Below, one piece after another: positions 1 through 14,497 of a stretch of DNA of 64,000 bases. The stretch is from positions 87,172,001 to 87,236,000 of the forward strand of contig OX597819.1 of NCBI GenBank assembly GCA_951406725.2, given 5' to 3'. The first letter of the stretch is position 1; each line of letters begins with the position of its first letter. The notes under the pieces were generated by a model, which made no database searches, was not told the DNA's origin, and saw only the letters and a list, made by a program, of their open reading frames with translations. The position numbers and the translations under genes are program-made. The DNA is from Octopus vulgaris (Eukaryota).

Positions 1-2031
1 TCCTTGAAAATCGTATTGATGATATTCGACGAAATTAATGACTTTTATAGCGTGTGTATTTTATCCAACCATAAAAAAATTTAATAGAAATTAAATTTCA
101 AATATTTACAGTTATGTTGTGACTAAATCTAAACATCCATGCAAGTACACTAATGTCGAAAGAAGTACAGATTATGCGAGGGCAGTAAACAGTTTACAGA
201 AACTTCTAAAACACTGAAATTGATTCTTTTTTAAAACCAATGACGGGCCCTTTGTGTAATCGCTCTACCTGCCAGAAATAACAGCCATGGCATAACTACC
301 GTTTTAATGGGTATTAGGTAATGCAATTTTTAATGTATATATTTCAAAAGAACGAGATAACCTCAGTTCGAACTCATTTTATCATAAATCTATTCAATCA
401 GCAGTGACGAACGGCTAAACAATATTATCAACGTTTCATGGAAGATGATTCATGGCATTGCAATTGGAAATATATTTATTTAGACGATGACATTTAGTGT
501 AATGTGAACAAGAAATTTATTACTGTTCCAATAATGTAAACTTGCTACAGTAAACAAACGTTTCATCGTGAAGTACAACATTAAGCAGTTCGACACAAAA
601 AAAAAATCACTAAAAGTCTGTAGCAAGTTTTAACCTAAGTGTCCATGCATGCATACTATTAAAAGGATTAGAAATGTTCTGGATTAGCGGAATGCAGAAA
701 TATTAAGCACTTGTAAAGCTACAAAAACTGCACTTCGACAATAATGAAGAAGCAGCACCCTATAACCTATTATACTATTGATACTGATAGTAAAGAAACT
801 ATATCATGAAAGCTAATTATTTAGGGACTTCCAAATAATCCCCTGTATATTTTACTATTTAGTGGAAACAGGCTAAAGGGAAATACTGGGAAAGTCAATG
901 ATTACATGTCTATATAACTTCTAATGACGAGAATAGAATTAATAAGCCCAAACCGTAAATAGATTTTACAAAATATTCAAAACAATAAAATGTCTAATTA
1001 GTAGTGTACAAAGTCTACAAATTATCTTCCACTTCTCTATGATTTTTATCGACCTAACAACATTATCAATGATCAATACTCACAAAAATATAATTTGGTT
1101 GACGGATTTGATTAGGTGTCTACTAAATAACCTGTAATGCCTGAAGTAAGCTATCGCCAATGAAAGGCAGCTTAAGTGTAACGACTAAATGAAAAAGTTC
1201 TTCCTTTTATCAATCAGTCGCCTCTTCCATTAATATTGGTTTCAAATTTTTGCACAAGGCCAGCAATTTCAAGGGAAAGGCTAAGTCGATAACATCCACC
1301 ATAGTGCACAGCTGGTATTTGGTTTATCGACGCCGAAGAGATGAACGGTAAAGTCGACCTCGGCGAAATTTGAACTGAGACGAAGGTGGTGAGCTATTAG
1401 AATCGTTAGCACGCCAGACCAAATGCTTATTAGAAACAATATTTCCAGATCTTTATTTTCATAATACCACCCTATCAGCGAAATAGCTGGCTTTGTGCCA
1501 AAATTTGAAACGATAGCAGTCAAAAGGATAATCTTTATAGTTCGAAATTACGGAAACTACATCTATTGAAGCTAAGTTCTCGACTTAAGAACCAAATAAA
1601 CTTTAGTTCATGATTTGTGCACAAAGCCTCAGAAACTAGTAGCAAGGGAAAATAGTGAAACTTTTGAACCAAATCCAAAAGAATGCCAGAAAGTTCTCAT
1701 TTACTATTGAAGTAATGTAATAGGATAAAATGGCTTTATGTCTTCATTTAATAAGACTTGCTAAAGTTAGAATTCAAAATAGGAGTTACAAGAAAGCAAC
1801 CTTAAACGTTTATAAAACTATAAATAATGTTTCATATTCAGTTTTCATTTTCTCAATCGAATAAACTTACTCGGTAGATATTTGATCTTATCTCCGAATT
1901 ATGTATTTTAATTTATCAAGATTCTAACAATTTTTATTATCAAATTAAGTACCAGTCACGTACTGAAGTCGATGTAATCGGTTGTCCCCCTCTCCACAAT
2001 AATCCAGGCTTTGTGCCTATAGCAGAAAGGA

Positions 2032-2107
<76 letters not shown>

Positions 2108-2213
2108 CATCATTATTATTATTGTGGTGGTGATGATGATGAGGAGGAGGAGAATGTCGTACTATGACTTTCTATCGAAGTAAATTATAAAAAAGATAAA
2201 GAATATATCATAC

Positions 2214-2544
2214 TTGGAACCAAAGTCGTGGAATTTTAAAAGATATCCCACAAGTAATGTAAGCAGAATTTTCCAGATGTACACGATAGTGTTTGCGAGA
2301 CCCTTTCTTTTGTACAATATCGATATCATTGTTTCAAGATTCTTGTTTAATTTCATCGAGAAAGAGCATTTCTCATAGAAATTTTCCCATGAATTTATTG
2401 ATACAAAAACGAGGCAGATATAAGTTATAATTTTTTCAGTCGGGAACAAATCGTCATTGAAAAATAGCAAGACTGCCAATGCACCAGCATGAAAGATGAA
2501 CGTAAAGCAATCTTTCAATCCTGATGCGTATCGTGTAGTTGCTT
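2214..2544 (-). CDS. CHS: Myosin-chitin synthase exon (domain A TM)
   Basis: ...ICLVFVSINSWENFYEK...ANTIVYIWKILLTLLVGYLL resembles CHS SxxWWENY and WKI motifs; 331 nt, phase 1-2. Confidence 0.87.
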
Positions 2545-2619
2545 CTGAAAGTAACGAAAGAAAAACATTTAAAATCTTTACAGTCAATTTGTATTTAAAA
2601 CAATATTTTATTACAATAC

Positions 2620-2737
<118 letters not shown>

Positions 2738-2813
2738 AGTAATATGTTACAAAAAGAAAATAGAAACTATACGAGGAAATGTAAGGGGAAAGTAAGAAGG
2801 AAAATAAGCGAAA

Positions 2814-4002
2814 ATGCACATTGGAAATCGAGCTGCTCCTGTGATTGCGAACCTTGAATTGGGTTACCTAGAGCTTAAAATATATCAGTCATCACTACAA
2901 AAATATGATACCTCATTTCATTTCTATTTACAGGAGAACTGGAAGAGGTATTTGGACGATTGCTTTACACTTTGGGAAGACAGCTTGAACAAACTCCTCG
3001 ATTTCAAAATAATGCTTAACAATATTAATAGCAACATACAAGTCACCATGGAACACAGCAGTAAACAACTCCCTCTTCTTCACATCCTAATTAAAATTGT
3101 CAATAACTACATCGAAACAGACATCTTCTATAAACCCACAGATTCTAAACAAAACCTATTATTCAACTCATGCCACCCCAAACACATAAAAATTAATATA
3201 CCTTATAATCTAGCGAAAAGAATCTGTACCATAGTTTCAGACACCTATACTCGTGAACGAAGACTCCTTGAACTCAGATCAATACAAATCAAAATACATT
3301 ACCCAATATCATTAATAAATGATGGTATTAAACGAGCTATGGAAATATATATACGAACATTAAGGGAAGTCAACCGAAATACTAAACCGGACTTAAAAAT
3401 ACTCCCATACATCTCCACACATAACCCTAGAAACAACGACGCCTTCAACATTATCATCCAAAATCTTCCCATCCTTACAAGAGATAAAACAATGAACAAG
3501 ATTTTAGGCTCACACAAAATTATCAAGTGCAAAATGCAACCTAAATCATTGAACAAAATATTAACCAGCGCAAGAATTAACAACAAAACCAAAGGTGAAA
3601 ACATGTGGTAGACCTAACTGTGGTACATGCTCCCCATCTTTTGGATGGTTCAGAATTCCAGTTTAAATAAGGTGAAATATTTAAGATCAAATCAAATTTC
3701 ACCTGTGCCTCAGAAGATCTTATCTATGCCATTACATACTTAAAGTGTGGTAATAACTATATCGGCCAAACAGGAATATCACTCCGTCGAAGAACCACTC
3801 TCCACAAAGAATAAATCCGCCACCCATAATACAGACAGATACAGGTTAGTGAACACATAGAAAGGTGTGCTAGGAATCTTAATCCTAGTTTCCAAATTTT
3901 TCCCTTCTATCAATGTTCACACACCACATCAGTACAGCAAAGAATGACTAAAGAGGCAACTTTCATCAATAAATATCTTCCACAGCTCAATAGGAAAACA
4001 TA
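2814..4002 (+). mobile_element. 5'-truncated, degenerate Penelope-like retroelement (Neptune type)
   Basis: RT C-terminal part (WKRYLDD, FYKPTD, SCHPKH), Cys linker (CGRPNCGTC, frameshifted) and GIY-YIG (LIYAIT...NYIGQTG); stops and frameshifts; preceded by (TA)n 2622-2733. Confidence 0.88.
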
Positions 4003-4044
4003 ACATAATGCAGAACACTACTAACCTTTCAATTAATACATGTT

Positions 4045-4205
4045 TCTTTATTACCCACAAGGGGCTAAACATAGAGGGGACAATAAAGGACAGACAAACG
4101 GATTAAGTCAATTATATCGACCCCAGTGCGTAACTGGTACTTATTTAATCGACCCCGAAAAGATGAACGGCAAAGTCGACCTCGGCGGAATTGAACTCAG
4201 AACGT
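4045..4205 (-). mobile_element. tRNA-derived SINE family A
   Basis: Minus strand GAGTTCAATTCCGCCGAGGTCGACTTTGCC core and CCCCTTGTGGGTAATAAAGAAA tail; related copies at about 1235-1430, 1945-2030 (+), 8840-8990, 11010-11140, 20305-20460, 22900-23010. Confidence 0.75.
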
Positions 4206-6559
4206 ATAAAATCAATAGGAAGTGTATACTTTATCGAATTACAAATAGGTATAGTAAAAGATATATTCGTTATAAACAAACAGAGAGAATAACTGAGATG
4301 CGCTGTATTGTGTATTAACACTAACTAGTGATCATCATTTGATAACAAACAAAGGAACCACCATGTGTGTGCTCTATCTGCCCATAACAGCAGCGATTCT
4401 CCCCTCAAACTACATCTTGCTTAGATTAAGGAAGGAAAAAGTTGAGTAATGTAGTAGATACACAAAGCTTGAGAAAGAATGAGATGACCCAAACTAGAAT
4501 GCTTTCCAATATAGGTCTGTTGAATTATGGCTACCCAAGCATCACTATCATTTGTTAGAAAACACATTTTGATTTTACATTAAGATATTTATTATGCAAC
4601 CGCAAATCTGATGGCTACCCATCATGGTTAAAGGGCAGACACCATAATACTTTAAGGCTCATTGAAATTAATAGGATTTATCAAGTTGGTATTTAATTTA
4701 AAGATCTTCGTCGACGTTTATTGGTAAAAGGGATAGGAGAACTATGGTGGGTGCAATTGAGAGGAAAAGGGTTGTGCAAGTGTCTAGTTCAGGAACTAAC
4801 TGGTTAAACACAAATATGATAATCATATGACTTTTATTATGTGGGTCAGATAGGGCTGGGTGGTCAGGAAACGCAACTATCTAGCTGAAAAGACTTCCCT
4901 TAACAGCAATGTGAAAAAAGAAAGGGAGAAAATTGAGCCTGTGGGAGTTAGAGAATCCTTATTGAAAAGAAGATAAGTTGCCATAGAGATGACAGTGTGC
5001 TTCTTTGTCTGGCCCGGGACGTAGGAAAAGTAACCAATCTGTATGACTGTATGGGAGTATTAATATTGATCACCTTGAACAGAAGAAGTTCTGACTGAGG
5101 AAGGACGACTGTTAATAGATGTTTAAATCACTTTTGTGATGTTGGAAGCGAGAGCAATAAAACTGATAATCAAAGGAGCTCTCATGGCAAATGAAGCACG
5201 AACAGATTGTAAAGGTTTTCTATAATTCATAATTTTTTAAACTCTAAAGCTTTTTTTAAAAAATACACAATTTAAGCCAAAACGAAGATATGTAAATTTT
5301 AATTTCTTTCAGTTCTGTCTATTAAGCATAAATTATAATGGTACATACTAATCAGAAACAATAACAGAAGCTGTTGTAAGAAGGTGTTATACACTTCTTA
5401 GGTATCTACAGAAGATACTCTGAGTTGTCTTCCGTAACATCAGAATATTTTTTTAAAATTAATTAACTATACTAACCGTCTACATTCACTTTATTTCTCA
5501 GCATATATTTGTTTTAGCTCGTGCTTTTTTATTTTCCGTACATTAAATATGCTAATATCTATTTATATTGTTCAAGAGAAAGATTGCTATTTTTATGAAC
5601 CATTAAACAGAGACTATATTCTTAGCAAGAAAACATAAAATACTGTATCGTTAGAGTACAGATTTTGCGAAAGAGTAATTTGCTTCTTTAAACTTAGCTT
5701 TAATTAAAATAAATTGTATTTCCATACCTAGTAACTTTAACATAAAATGTGATGCCATTGTATATTAAGCTTAGATTATCAAACTCGACAGGTTAAAAAT
5801 TATTTATCCTATACATCCATACATTGTTTTACATGTTACAAATTACGTAGACCTACTCGCCTGAATTATTAAAACAATAGTTTCAAGACAAATTTCAAAT
5901 AGCAAAAAGGATATTTTAGTGTAATGTTCTAAAACTTAATCTATGTCCGAATACTTACTTCATTCTAATAGAGCAGAACTTAATAATAGGCTATTAACTA
6001 CAAAATATTTATTCAAAGCTTATTACAACGAGTACTATAACAACAGTATTCAGCCGGTACAAAATTCCGGAGTTCAGTCAACGAAACAGGGTACCGCACA
6101 TATTTCACATGTTCTTCCTTAAGAAAAAAATTACAATAATATATCACGACTGACCATTCAGAGGATATACTTCCATAGTCATCACCAAGGGGCTGAAAAT
6201 CAATTTTGTTCCACCTTGCAAAATCGTCTCTCAGATTTTCTAACTACATCTCTTACGCTAATAACTTGAATTAAAATTCAAGCTATTAGCGTAACCACGG
6301 TTTTTTAATTTCTTCAATGCGATTGAACGACCAGCAATATATAGCAGATGAGTTTATTAAACGATTTTTTGAATACAAATAATATCACAAACACAAAAAT
6401 AGATATAAATGAATAAAGAAACAAGTAAAGTCAAATATTTATGTTTGACCTTTTATCCCTAAGGTGTAGTTCTTGGCCCCCTTTTTCAAAATTTAGTTTA
6501 GAGTTTATAAGTATAATCTCATACAGTTAATCTTTTAATAAAAAAATATGTTTCGTTAC

Positions 6560-6713
6560 CTTTGCTGCGTTTAGTGAATAACATTTTGGATAGGCTTGGT
6601 ATTATTCCTATACTATTTAGCAATACAATTTGGCACAGAATATCCAATTTTGAGGATATATAAAAAAGGAAAATACAAAGTCCAATGGAATGAAACGTTT
6701 CCGGGATTAGAGC
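6560..6713 (-). CDS. CHS: Myosin-chitin synthase exon (domain A TM)
   Basis: ALIPETFHSIGLCIFLFYISSKLDILCQIVLLNSIGIIPSLSKML resembles CHS ETLHxxGLxxLxFxxLPxLDxxxxxxLxNxxxxIP; 154 nt, phase 0-1. Confidence 0.9.
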
Positions 6714-8134
6714 CTGTAATAAGAATATGTAACAAAATAGGATAAAATAAGTTCAAGAATAGTTCGTTTTCAAGAAATAAACTGAAAGCAATATTAGTTT
6801 TATTTTACTTACAAGAACCAAGATTGTATAGCTATTGCTACTATAGTCTCTTTTAAAAATCATATCCCAAGCAATATTTCAGCTTCACAGGTAAATATTT
6901 ATCCATAGAATTTGGATTGTATATATTAATATGGATTTTTAAAAATACAATGATTTGCAAAATGTTTAGCTATTGCATATTGCCAAATCAAAGTCAGATT
7001 CAAATTAATAGTTTGTGACTATACAAGAAAACACAACCAATTACTGTTTTTCTTAATATATTTACATACACATCGAAAGCACATGGCCCCTAGTGGTTTA
7101 GGTATTGCACTCGTGATTGCAAAGTCGTGGTTTCAGTACCTGGATCGGGTGGTTTGTACTGTTTTCTTGAGCAAAACATTTCATCTCATGTCGTTCTGCG
7201 ATCACTTCCACACCTGACATATGGTACGCCGTGCACCTGTCCAGGCAACATTGACTTGATGGCAGGTGCGAGCTAATGTACATGCATTTGATCATGGGAA
7301 ACAAATCATTTAAGCAGGCCCATCATCGGACCACGAGAAACTACCATCAGTATTTACATATGTTAAATGAAAAAAATTAAGATGATCATGATCATGCACG
7401 GAGGAATGATTTCAGTGGTGATGGCGATGACAGCTTTACTGAACTTGTACCATTTTGATGATGTTTATCAGAGCAGCTTTGAAGTTTTCGAGTTTTTTCT
7501 TTTCTTTTATCTGGGGAGAGTATTTTCATGATTTGGAGTTGAAGTTATCTGCGAATGTGATGAGTAATTCTCGGTACTATGAACTCTAATATAAGTAGGG
7601 TTACAATGTTGGCTCAATGGAATTAGAGCACCGTAATTAAGATGTTCTGAGGTATCGAGTATATAGCTGCCTGCAAAATTCACCTAGTTTGACAGCGTAG
7701 ATCTCAACACTTCAATACTGAAAACCGTCCTAAACTTCGATAGACAAATTACCAGAATTAGTGACTTCGATATGAGAATAGTTATGAAAGCAAAAAAGTC
7801 ACATTGCTTAAATACAATCCATGGGGTGTTACGATTGGACTGGTGTTTGAGATCTCATCGAGTAATTTATCATGGATACCCTAAAAATCGTGCACACACT
7901 GTACAATGATTAAGTTGTATAGACGGTCTGCTATAGATAAGTTCAGGAAGAATCTTACAAACATCTTAGATAATTCTGTTTCACTATAATTGTTACTACC
8001 AATTCAACAAGGGGAGATTTCCTATACATAACTATAGATCTCAAGGCAAACAAGTATTAAAGGCGATATTTAAATGTAACTTATGATAAAACGCATTATC
8101 ATTATTTAATTCCGTTCAAAATAAATATACATAC

Positions 8135-8269
8135 CATCATTATGACTGAAAATGTAGATTTTTTCTCAGAATTGAAAGCAAATTTGTGAAAGGAAAAGAG
8201 TAAACCAATTCCATATGGTATGCAAATTGCAATTGAAAGTAACGTATACCCCATGTTTTCTTTTCCACT
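8135..8269 (-). CDS. CHS: Myosin-chitin synthase exon (domain A TM)
   Basis: SGKENMGYTLLSIAICIPYGIGLLFSFHKFAFNSEKKSTFSVIMM; 135 nt, phase 0-0, CAG/GTATGT. Confidence 0.82.
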
Positions 8270-9044
8270 CTGTCAATAGAAACAAAATCTACATTTCATA
8301 TATTTAAAAAACGATATATAATTAATTATAAAAGTGTTAATGATAGTATCTAAATTTCAATGTGTGACATAGTGACATTAGAAACTAAACCATTACGTTG
8401 TCATTTTCTGGATTCTTAATTCTCTTGTGCATTGAGAAATTTCTATCAAACATATGTCTCACTCATAGTGAGTAATATTACTGATACATACTTGAGGAGA
8501 TACGCGATGGTTTTAGAAAGATTTAAGCATAGGTTTATATAATATTTTTCATAGTTTTCCTTCTTATTTTTGAGAAAATAAAGTTACTAGATCATTTTCA
8601 GGATTAACTTCATTTAAAGATTTGAATAAATGTGTGATGTTAGCAAGATTAAGGAGTGGTGTGAGATTGAAAGCATGAAAGGTTTAACTTCTGGAATTTA
8701 TTAACTACGCCAACTCCAACACGTTTGATTCTCAAAACCAGAAAATTCTTTTAAAAAGATACGCGCAAACCATTGATTTTACCAAACAAATAGGTAACTT
8801 TATATGTAATATGCTAGTTAATTGAATTAAGTCAGTGCTTCTGATTTAGGCACCAAGCCATAAATATTTGAGGAAAGGGGATTAGTCGATACCAACAACT
8901 CCAATATTTGACTGGCATTATATTTTATCGACCCCGAGAGGATGAGAGGGAAAATTGACCTCAACGAGATTTGAAACCAGAACGTAAAAAACGATTGCCT
9001 ATTGTTTTTTTCTTAACTGCCACCCTCACTATCCTACATGTGTT

Positions 9045-9081
<37 letters not shown>

Positions 9082-9361
9082 TTCATTGTTGTTGATCAAT
9101 CCTGAGCGAAAAGACTTATGCACAGATTCATTCCAACCGTGATCATCACGTACTCTTCTTTAGTATACTGATAATTACATTTTTCGATATGAACTTCCCG
9201 TTTTACATAGATATATGATTAACAGATTTAGTTGTTATTTCAAGCAAATCGAGCGATTACATAGAAGCATGTTAGTATACTTATTAGTATAAATAACATG
9301 GCAATAAAGTATTCTTAAAAATATTCCGTCAAGTTTTACAAAGTTAATTATATTTTTGTTC

Positions 9362-9680
9362 ATGTGGCTGCGTGGTTAGAAGCTAACATCACAATAGCAT
9401 GGTTCTAGGTTTAGTTTCACGGGGTGGAACTTTGGGTAAGAGTCATCTACTATAGCCTCAGACAGACCAGAGCCTTGCGAGTAGATTTGGAAACTGAAAG
9501 TCTCGTGTGTGTGTTTGTGCGCGCGTGTGTGTGTGTCCACATTTTTGTCCCACCACCACTGCTTGATAACCGGTATTGATGTGTCTAAGTCCTCGTGACG
9601 TAGCGGTTCAGCAACAGAGATCGATAATTTGACTACCAGGCTTAAAATACTAAGTACTGGGGTCGATTCGTTCGACTGAG
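9362..9680 (+). mobile_element. tRNA-derived SINE family B (diverged)
   Basis: GTGGCTGCGTGGTTAG head, TCTACTATAGCC core, TG tract; similar copies at 10055-10375 and 55000-55335. Confidence 0.65.
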
Positions 9681-10548
9681 AGAAAAAGAAATACTATGAA
9701 AATATAATAAAAATTGCTCCATGTATATTTAGATTCATATTTATTCACTATCAAGATTTGTTGACAAAATTTATGCTCATTTCCTATTGTCGCTGTTTTA
9801 CCAAATGAATTTTAGCTTTTAGATCTGTCTTGTTTTTTATTAGATGTTCACTTAATTTATGTAATTCCTGGTCTGCTGATGTCATTAAGCATTGAATGTC
9901 TTATTTAACCAGTTACTTGTCTGTTGAATACCGTATTCGTAATTTTATTCAGGAGAGTATTTCATTTTTGCCTTCTACTTGGATATCCATAATTTTGTGA
10001 ATGTGTTTGTTCTCATGCTTTCGCTATTTACTTCACTCAATATTTTGTGAAGTTTACTTCTCAACCATATGGCGCCCGGTTCAGTTCTACTGCAAAGCAC
10101 CTTGGGCAGATATCTTCTACTATAGCCCTTAGCGGAACAAAGCCTTGAGATTTCGTAGTGGATTTCGTAGACGGAAACTGAAAGAAGCCTGTTGTATGCG
10201 CGCACACGCACACACACACATCACATCATATCACATCACATGACATATATATGCGTGTGTAATTATATAAGCGCGTCTTTCTGTTTTGTTTGTGCGATTA
10301 ACCCCTTCAAAGCAGTGCCCCAACATGGCCGCAGTCCAATGAGTGAAACAGGTAAACGAAAAAGAGCTAAAAGATAGTAATTCAACTAAAATGCATCCGA
10401 GTTTTGCAGCATATGAGGCACTGCGAAAATGGAGATAGAAAACAATGGAGATAGTAAACGAATGGCGGAAATTATTTGAAATAAGTTACACGTGGAATGC
10501 TTAATACCTAACAGAAAAGAAACTTTTCCATAACTGTCATATACAAAC

Positions 10549-10726
10549 CTCATATGCATAAAGTTTGGTCATCATATGTAATGTCAGCTTCTGTATTACT
10601 GAGGAAGCGAGTATTGCAAGAAAAAATAGAAGGTAAAGAAACAATTTGAGGTAGATCATGAAGTTCGAATGTTGCAACTCGCCCCTTTTTGGATCTTCTT
10701 GGAACATTTCAAAATGATCCCATTCA
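10549..10726 (-). CDS. CHS: Myosin-chitin synthase exon (start of chitin synthase domain A, first TM helix)
   Basis: PEWDHFEMFQEDPK...MIYLKLFLYLLFFLAILASSVIQKLTLHMMTKL matches the metazoan CHS pattern WDxF...LKxxxYxxxFxxVLxxxVxxKxTxxxMT; 178 nt, phase 2-0. Confidence 0.88.
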
Positions 10727-11186
10727 CTGAAAAAGACAGAAGAAAGAAATAGATTTCTAACAAAGCATATCGTCGAAAATTTTCGGAGTACGTGGATAAT
10801 TATATTGACTTCAGTTTTACCTTGGTACATATTTTATGGAGGGATGAATGATTATATTAACCAAGACACGATTTCCACAGGAAACGAAAATACTTAAAAG
10901 CGTCTTGATACGTTGTCAGACATTTTACCGATTCCACCAATCCACAGATTTTGAAATAATACTCTGTTCTACTATAGGTACAAGGGCTGAATTTTTTTGA
11001 AAAAGCGGCTAGTGTTTGACTGGTACTTAATTCATCGACCTCCGAAAGGATGAAAAGCAAAGTCGACCTCTGCAGAACTTGAACTAAGAAAGTAATACTG
11101 ACGAAATGCCGCTAAGCATTTTGGCCGGCACAGTAATGATTCTCCCAGATCACCTTAGTTATGATAAAATTAGTACTATTAATTCA

Positions 11187-11329
11187 ACTACCACCACCAA
11201 AACCACTACCACCAAAACCAATACCACTAAAAGTAACATCATCACCGCCACCGCCACCACCATCATCATCACCACCACCACCACCACTACCACCAACACT
11301 ACCACCACCACCACCACTACTACTATTGT

Positions 11330-11408
<79 letters not shown>
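11187..11408. repeat. Compound trinucleotide microsatellite (ACC)n(ACT)n(AAT)n
   Basis: Direct observation. Confidence 0.93.
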
Positions 11409-11409
<1 letters not shown>

Positions 11410-14270
11410 TTTTCTTTATTAAACACTAAAGGTTTACAAAAATCATTGGGTACGGTACAGGACAACATAAAGGAAGACTACATAAAAGATGTGTAAAAAG
11501 TAAAAACAAAACATATAAAATTATAACAATGAATAATTCACCAAAAGAAAGAGAATTCATAGGGTTGCTGGTGGAGGCTCTCAAAAGTACGGTCACCCTG
11601 ACCATAAGGGCAAGTAACCTCTCCACATTGCCCTACTTCAACATACAAGCGCATGCTTAGAATAGGCCCTTTCACCTTTCATTCTTGCAACATTCCCCCA
11701 CATTTTGACAAAATTGCTTCGCCAAAGAGGAAAGCATCTGTCTGCAGCCCTTCCAAACTGGTCTACCACACAGCCTCTTTCGCTAAGGCTACCAGTCAAA
11801 GAAACACTATATGACTTTACAGACCAAAGGAAGGCGACGGGATGATCTTCACAATGGATTCAGCCGATAACTTTATTCGTCCTACTTGTGACTGTAGGTG
11901 TTGGGCATAAATCAACAATACTCAGAGTACTTAACGAGAGCGTGCAGAAGAGTTTCGTCCTCTGCGCGCATCTCGGGCAAGCCCGTCTGGCGGCACTTCC
12001 AGTCTGTAGGGCTTATCTCGAACAGAAAATACCCTCCTCCGGTAGCACTGCTAGGCCAAAGGCTTCTGGAAATTATCCCTACGCTCCGACCCGAAAGTCC
12101 ACTGGAATACACCAGCCAGTCGACGCTCAGCGTGTACCCAAGAACGTCGACACATTTTCCCGTCACTAACCCTCTATAGAACATGAGAGTGGAATTTCCA
12201 CCGACTGCCAGCCCGACTAATAGAGGACTGTGAACTCCTGACGATACTCTAGGTTCCAGGCACCCTGGCTTCTGGGTGATATTGGCTACGCTGCTTGTCA
12301 CCTCGTCTCAGTCCTTCTCCACCTGGATATCCGCAGCAAACCAGACCCCGGGCAATTTAACCAGTCCGTCCATCCAGCGCATGATGATGTTGTTGGACGG
12401 CATGAACCTGCTTCTCCAGGTGCCAAGCCACAGGCCCAACGATTTATCCTAGTTAATTCTTCCTCATTCGTTTTACTACTTTATACTCTTTGAGAGCGAT
12501 GCTGATCATCGCACTGTGTTTAGTGCTCGATACCACAACGATGATATCGTGGGTATACACTGTCTAGGATCTACCACACCCTACTTCGCGCAGGACGCAG
12601 CTCAACACCTCCAATTTCCGCATTAATAGCTCGAAAGCCAGTACATACAGAAGTGACGAGAGCTGATACACTTGGCGGATGATGCTGAATGGTTCCGATA
12701 GGTTACCATTCAACCGAAATACCAAGCAGATATCGCTGTACATTGCGACGATCCAGTCACAGAGAACGTGACCGAAACCAGCTGCCGTGAGAACGACCGT
12801 CAAGTGTTGGTAGTCGACTCTATCGAAGGCTTTAAAGTGATCCAGTTTGATCAGGTTCCACCTATACCAGCATCATTACCCACCCAGTCTACAATGTATC
12901 GCATGAGGTGAAGGTTGTCGTGGATGGATTTGCTTGGTATTGTGTATGTTTGCGCATCACTAATCAGTTCTTCGATGACATGAATCAACCTTTTTGCTAG
13001 CACCTTGGCTAAAATTTTGAAGTTTGTGTTTAGCAGCGTTATGGACCTAAAAACTTCTATTTTATTCTTCTTGTTTCGGTACTTTATCAGTAGTTCCACT
13101 GCTCCTTGACTCACAGAACTAGGTATTCTCCTCTTCTGCTATCAGTTGCGGTGGCTATCTGCTAAAAAGCTACCAAACAAGACTACCATGGGTAGACCAT
13201 CCAAATCAGGCAATTTTACCCCATTATCGCATCCTGTATCTTCTGTGGGTGTTATCAGCATTTCGCAACGCTCTGCCCCATTGTGAGTCATGGCAAGCCG
13301 TCGAGGTAGGCAATGAAGTTGATCCTTCATTCCGGCTTGCCATTCATCACAAACAGTTGGGCGAAGCGCTATTGAAATGCTGCACACACCTGCTCGGGCT
13401 CAAGTACCGTGCGCCCATTTTGGCCCACCAAAGACCAAATTGTGACTTTGCGACAGCGATGCATATCTGCCACTCGAGCTCATCGAGTGGCTTTCGTTCC
13501 CTCGTTTCTGATATCATGAGGATTACCTCTGACAAAGCATCCTTCGTGTTTAGTGTTGAAAAATTGATCAAGGGCCAATCTCGTGGTTAGCACGTCGGTT
13601 GCGTCGCCTTTCCAAATCGCCTCTTTTAAGTTTCGCTCTTTCCTATTCTTTTCTGTCGCTAATGCCTTACTAAGCCTTGTCCATTCTACTCTAATTGTCT
13701 TTTTCAGGGTAAACAATCATTTGTTGTTGACGAGTGACCTCGTCAGCATCATGCGTTCGGTCCGCCAAGGATGTCCCCTCCCGTTTCTTTGTCTTGTATT
13801 GATTATTAAGCCCTTATTATAACTTCTATCTACAAGCCTACAAAATATTCTATCTAGGTACGATCTAAAAGACTCGATGCTGTTTGCCCATGTCCACATT
13901 GGCGTATCCAGTTGGTACCTGTCAGCCTATTGAGAGTGACTGACCACGCCTCACTTATCGGCTTGCCCCACCATATCAAGGCGTGCGTCCAAGATGACGT
14001 TCTAAGCGCTAACAATAAAGAGCGGGACATCCCATGCAAAACCTGCAAACGTCTGACGAAAACTGAATGCTCCGCCCCAATCGGCGCGTATGCAGTAAAT
14101 TCCACGTCGAGCGAGAGATGCGTAGATTTGATAAGTCGTCAAAAATGAAGCCTACTGAGCTCATGGTCGAAAGCCTAGTCTCATAGGTGGTTATCACATC
14201 CAGGAGTAAGGATTCCGTCGTCGTAGAGGAAAACCTCCCTAACGTTTTTATTTGTTAGCGGCATGCGCAT
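11409..14270 (-). mobile_element. Degenerate Tx1/L1-like LINE (APE endonuclease plus RT)
   Basis: Minus strand: AYAP, YLDRIF, PDLDGLP, ITLLNTNFKILAKVLAKRL, IHDNLHLMR, KAFDRVD, LSSLLYVLAFE; 3' end AATAAA then (TTA)n. Confidence 0.85.
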
Positions 14271-14439
14271 TAATATAAATTTTCTGGCATTTTCAGAGCA
14301 CTTGTGTTATATATTGCACCCCTTCTTTCAATCATTTTATTTCGAGCTATGTGGGACATCAAATCTTTGTTGGCTCTCCTCACTAGCACGAAATTTGGAG
14401 CCTGCAATTGCTGCTCTCTCCCTCAATAATGATAATGAT

Positions 14440-14495
<56 letters not shown>

Positions 14496-14497
<2 letters not shown>

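Noticed and set aside
1281-1523. Hydrophobic 80-aa ORF as the next chitin synthase exon
   Set aside because: Largely built from SINE family A sequence (SSNFAEVDF is the SINE core)
1600-1923. Possible further CHS exons (GTAAG donor near 1870; VQKFHYFPLLL peptide)
   Set aside because: No acceptor gives a convincing stop-free, phase-2-compatible exon
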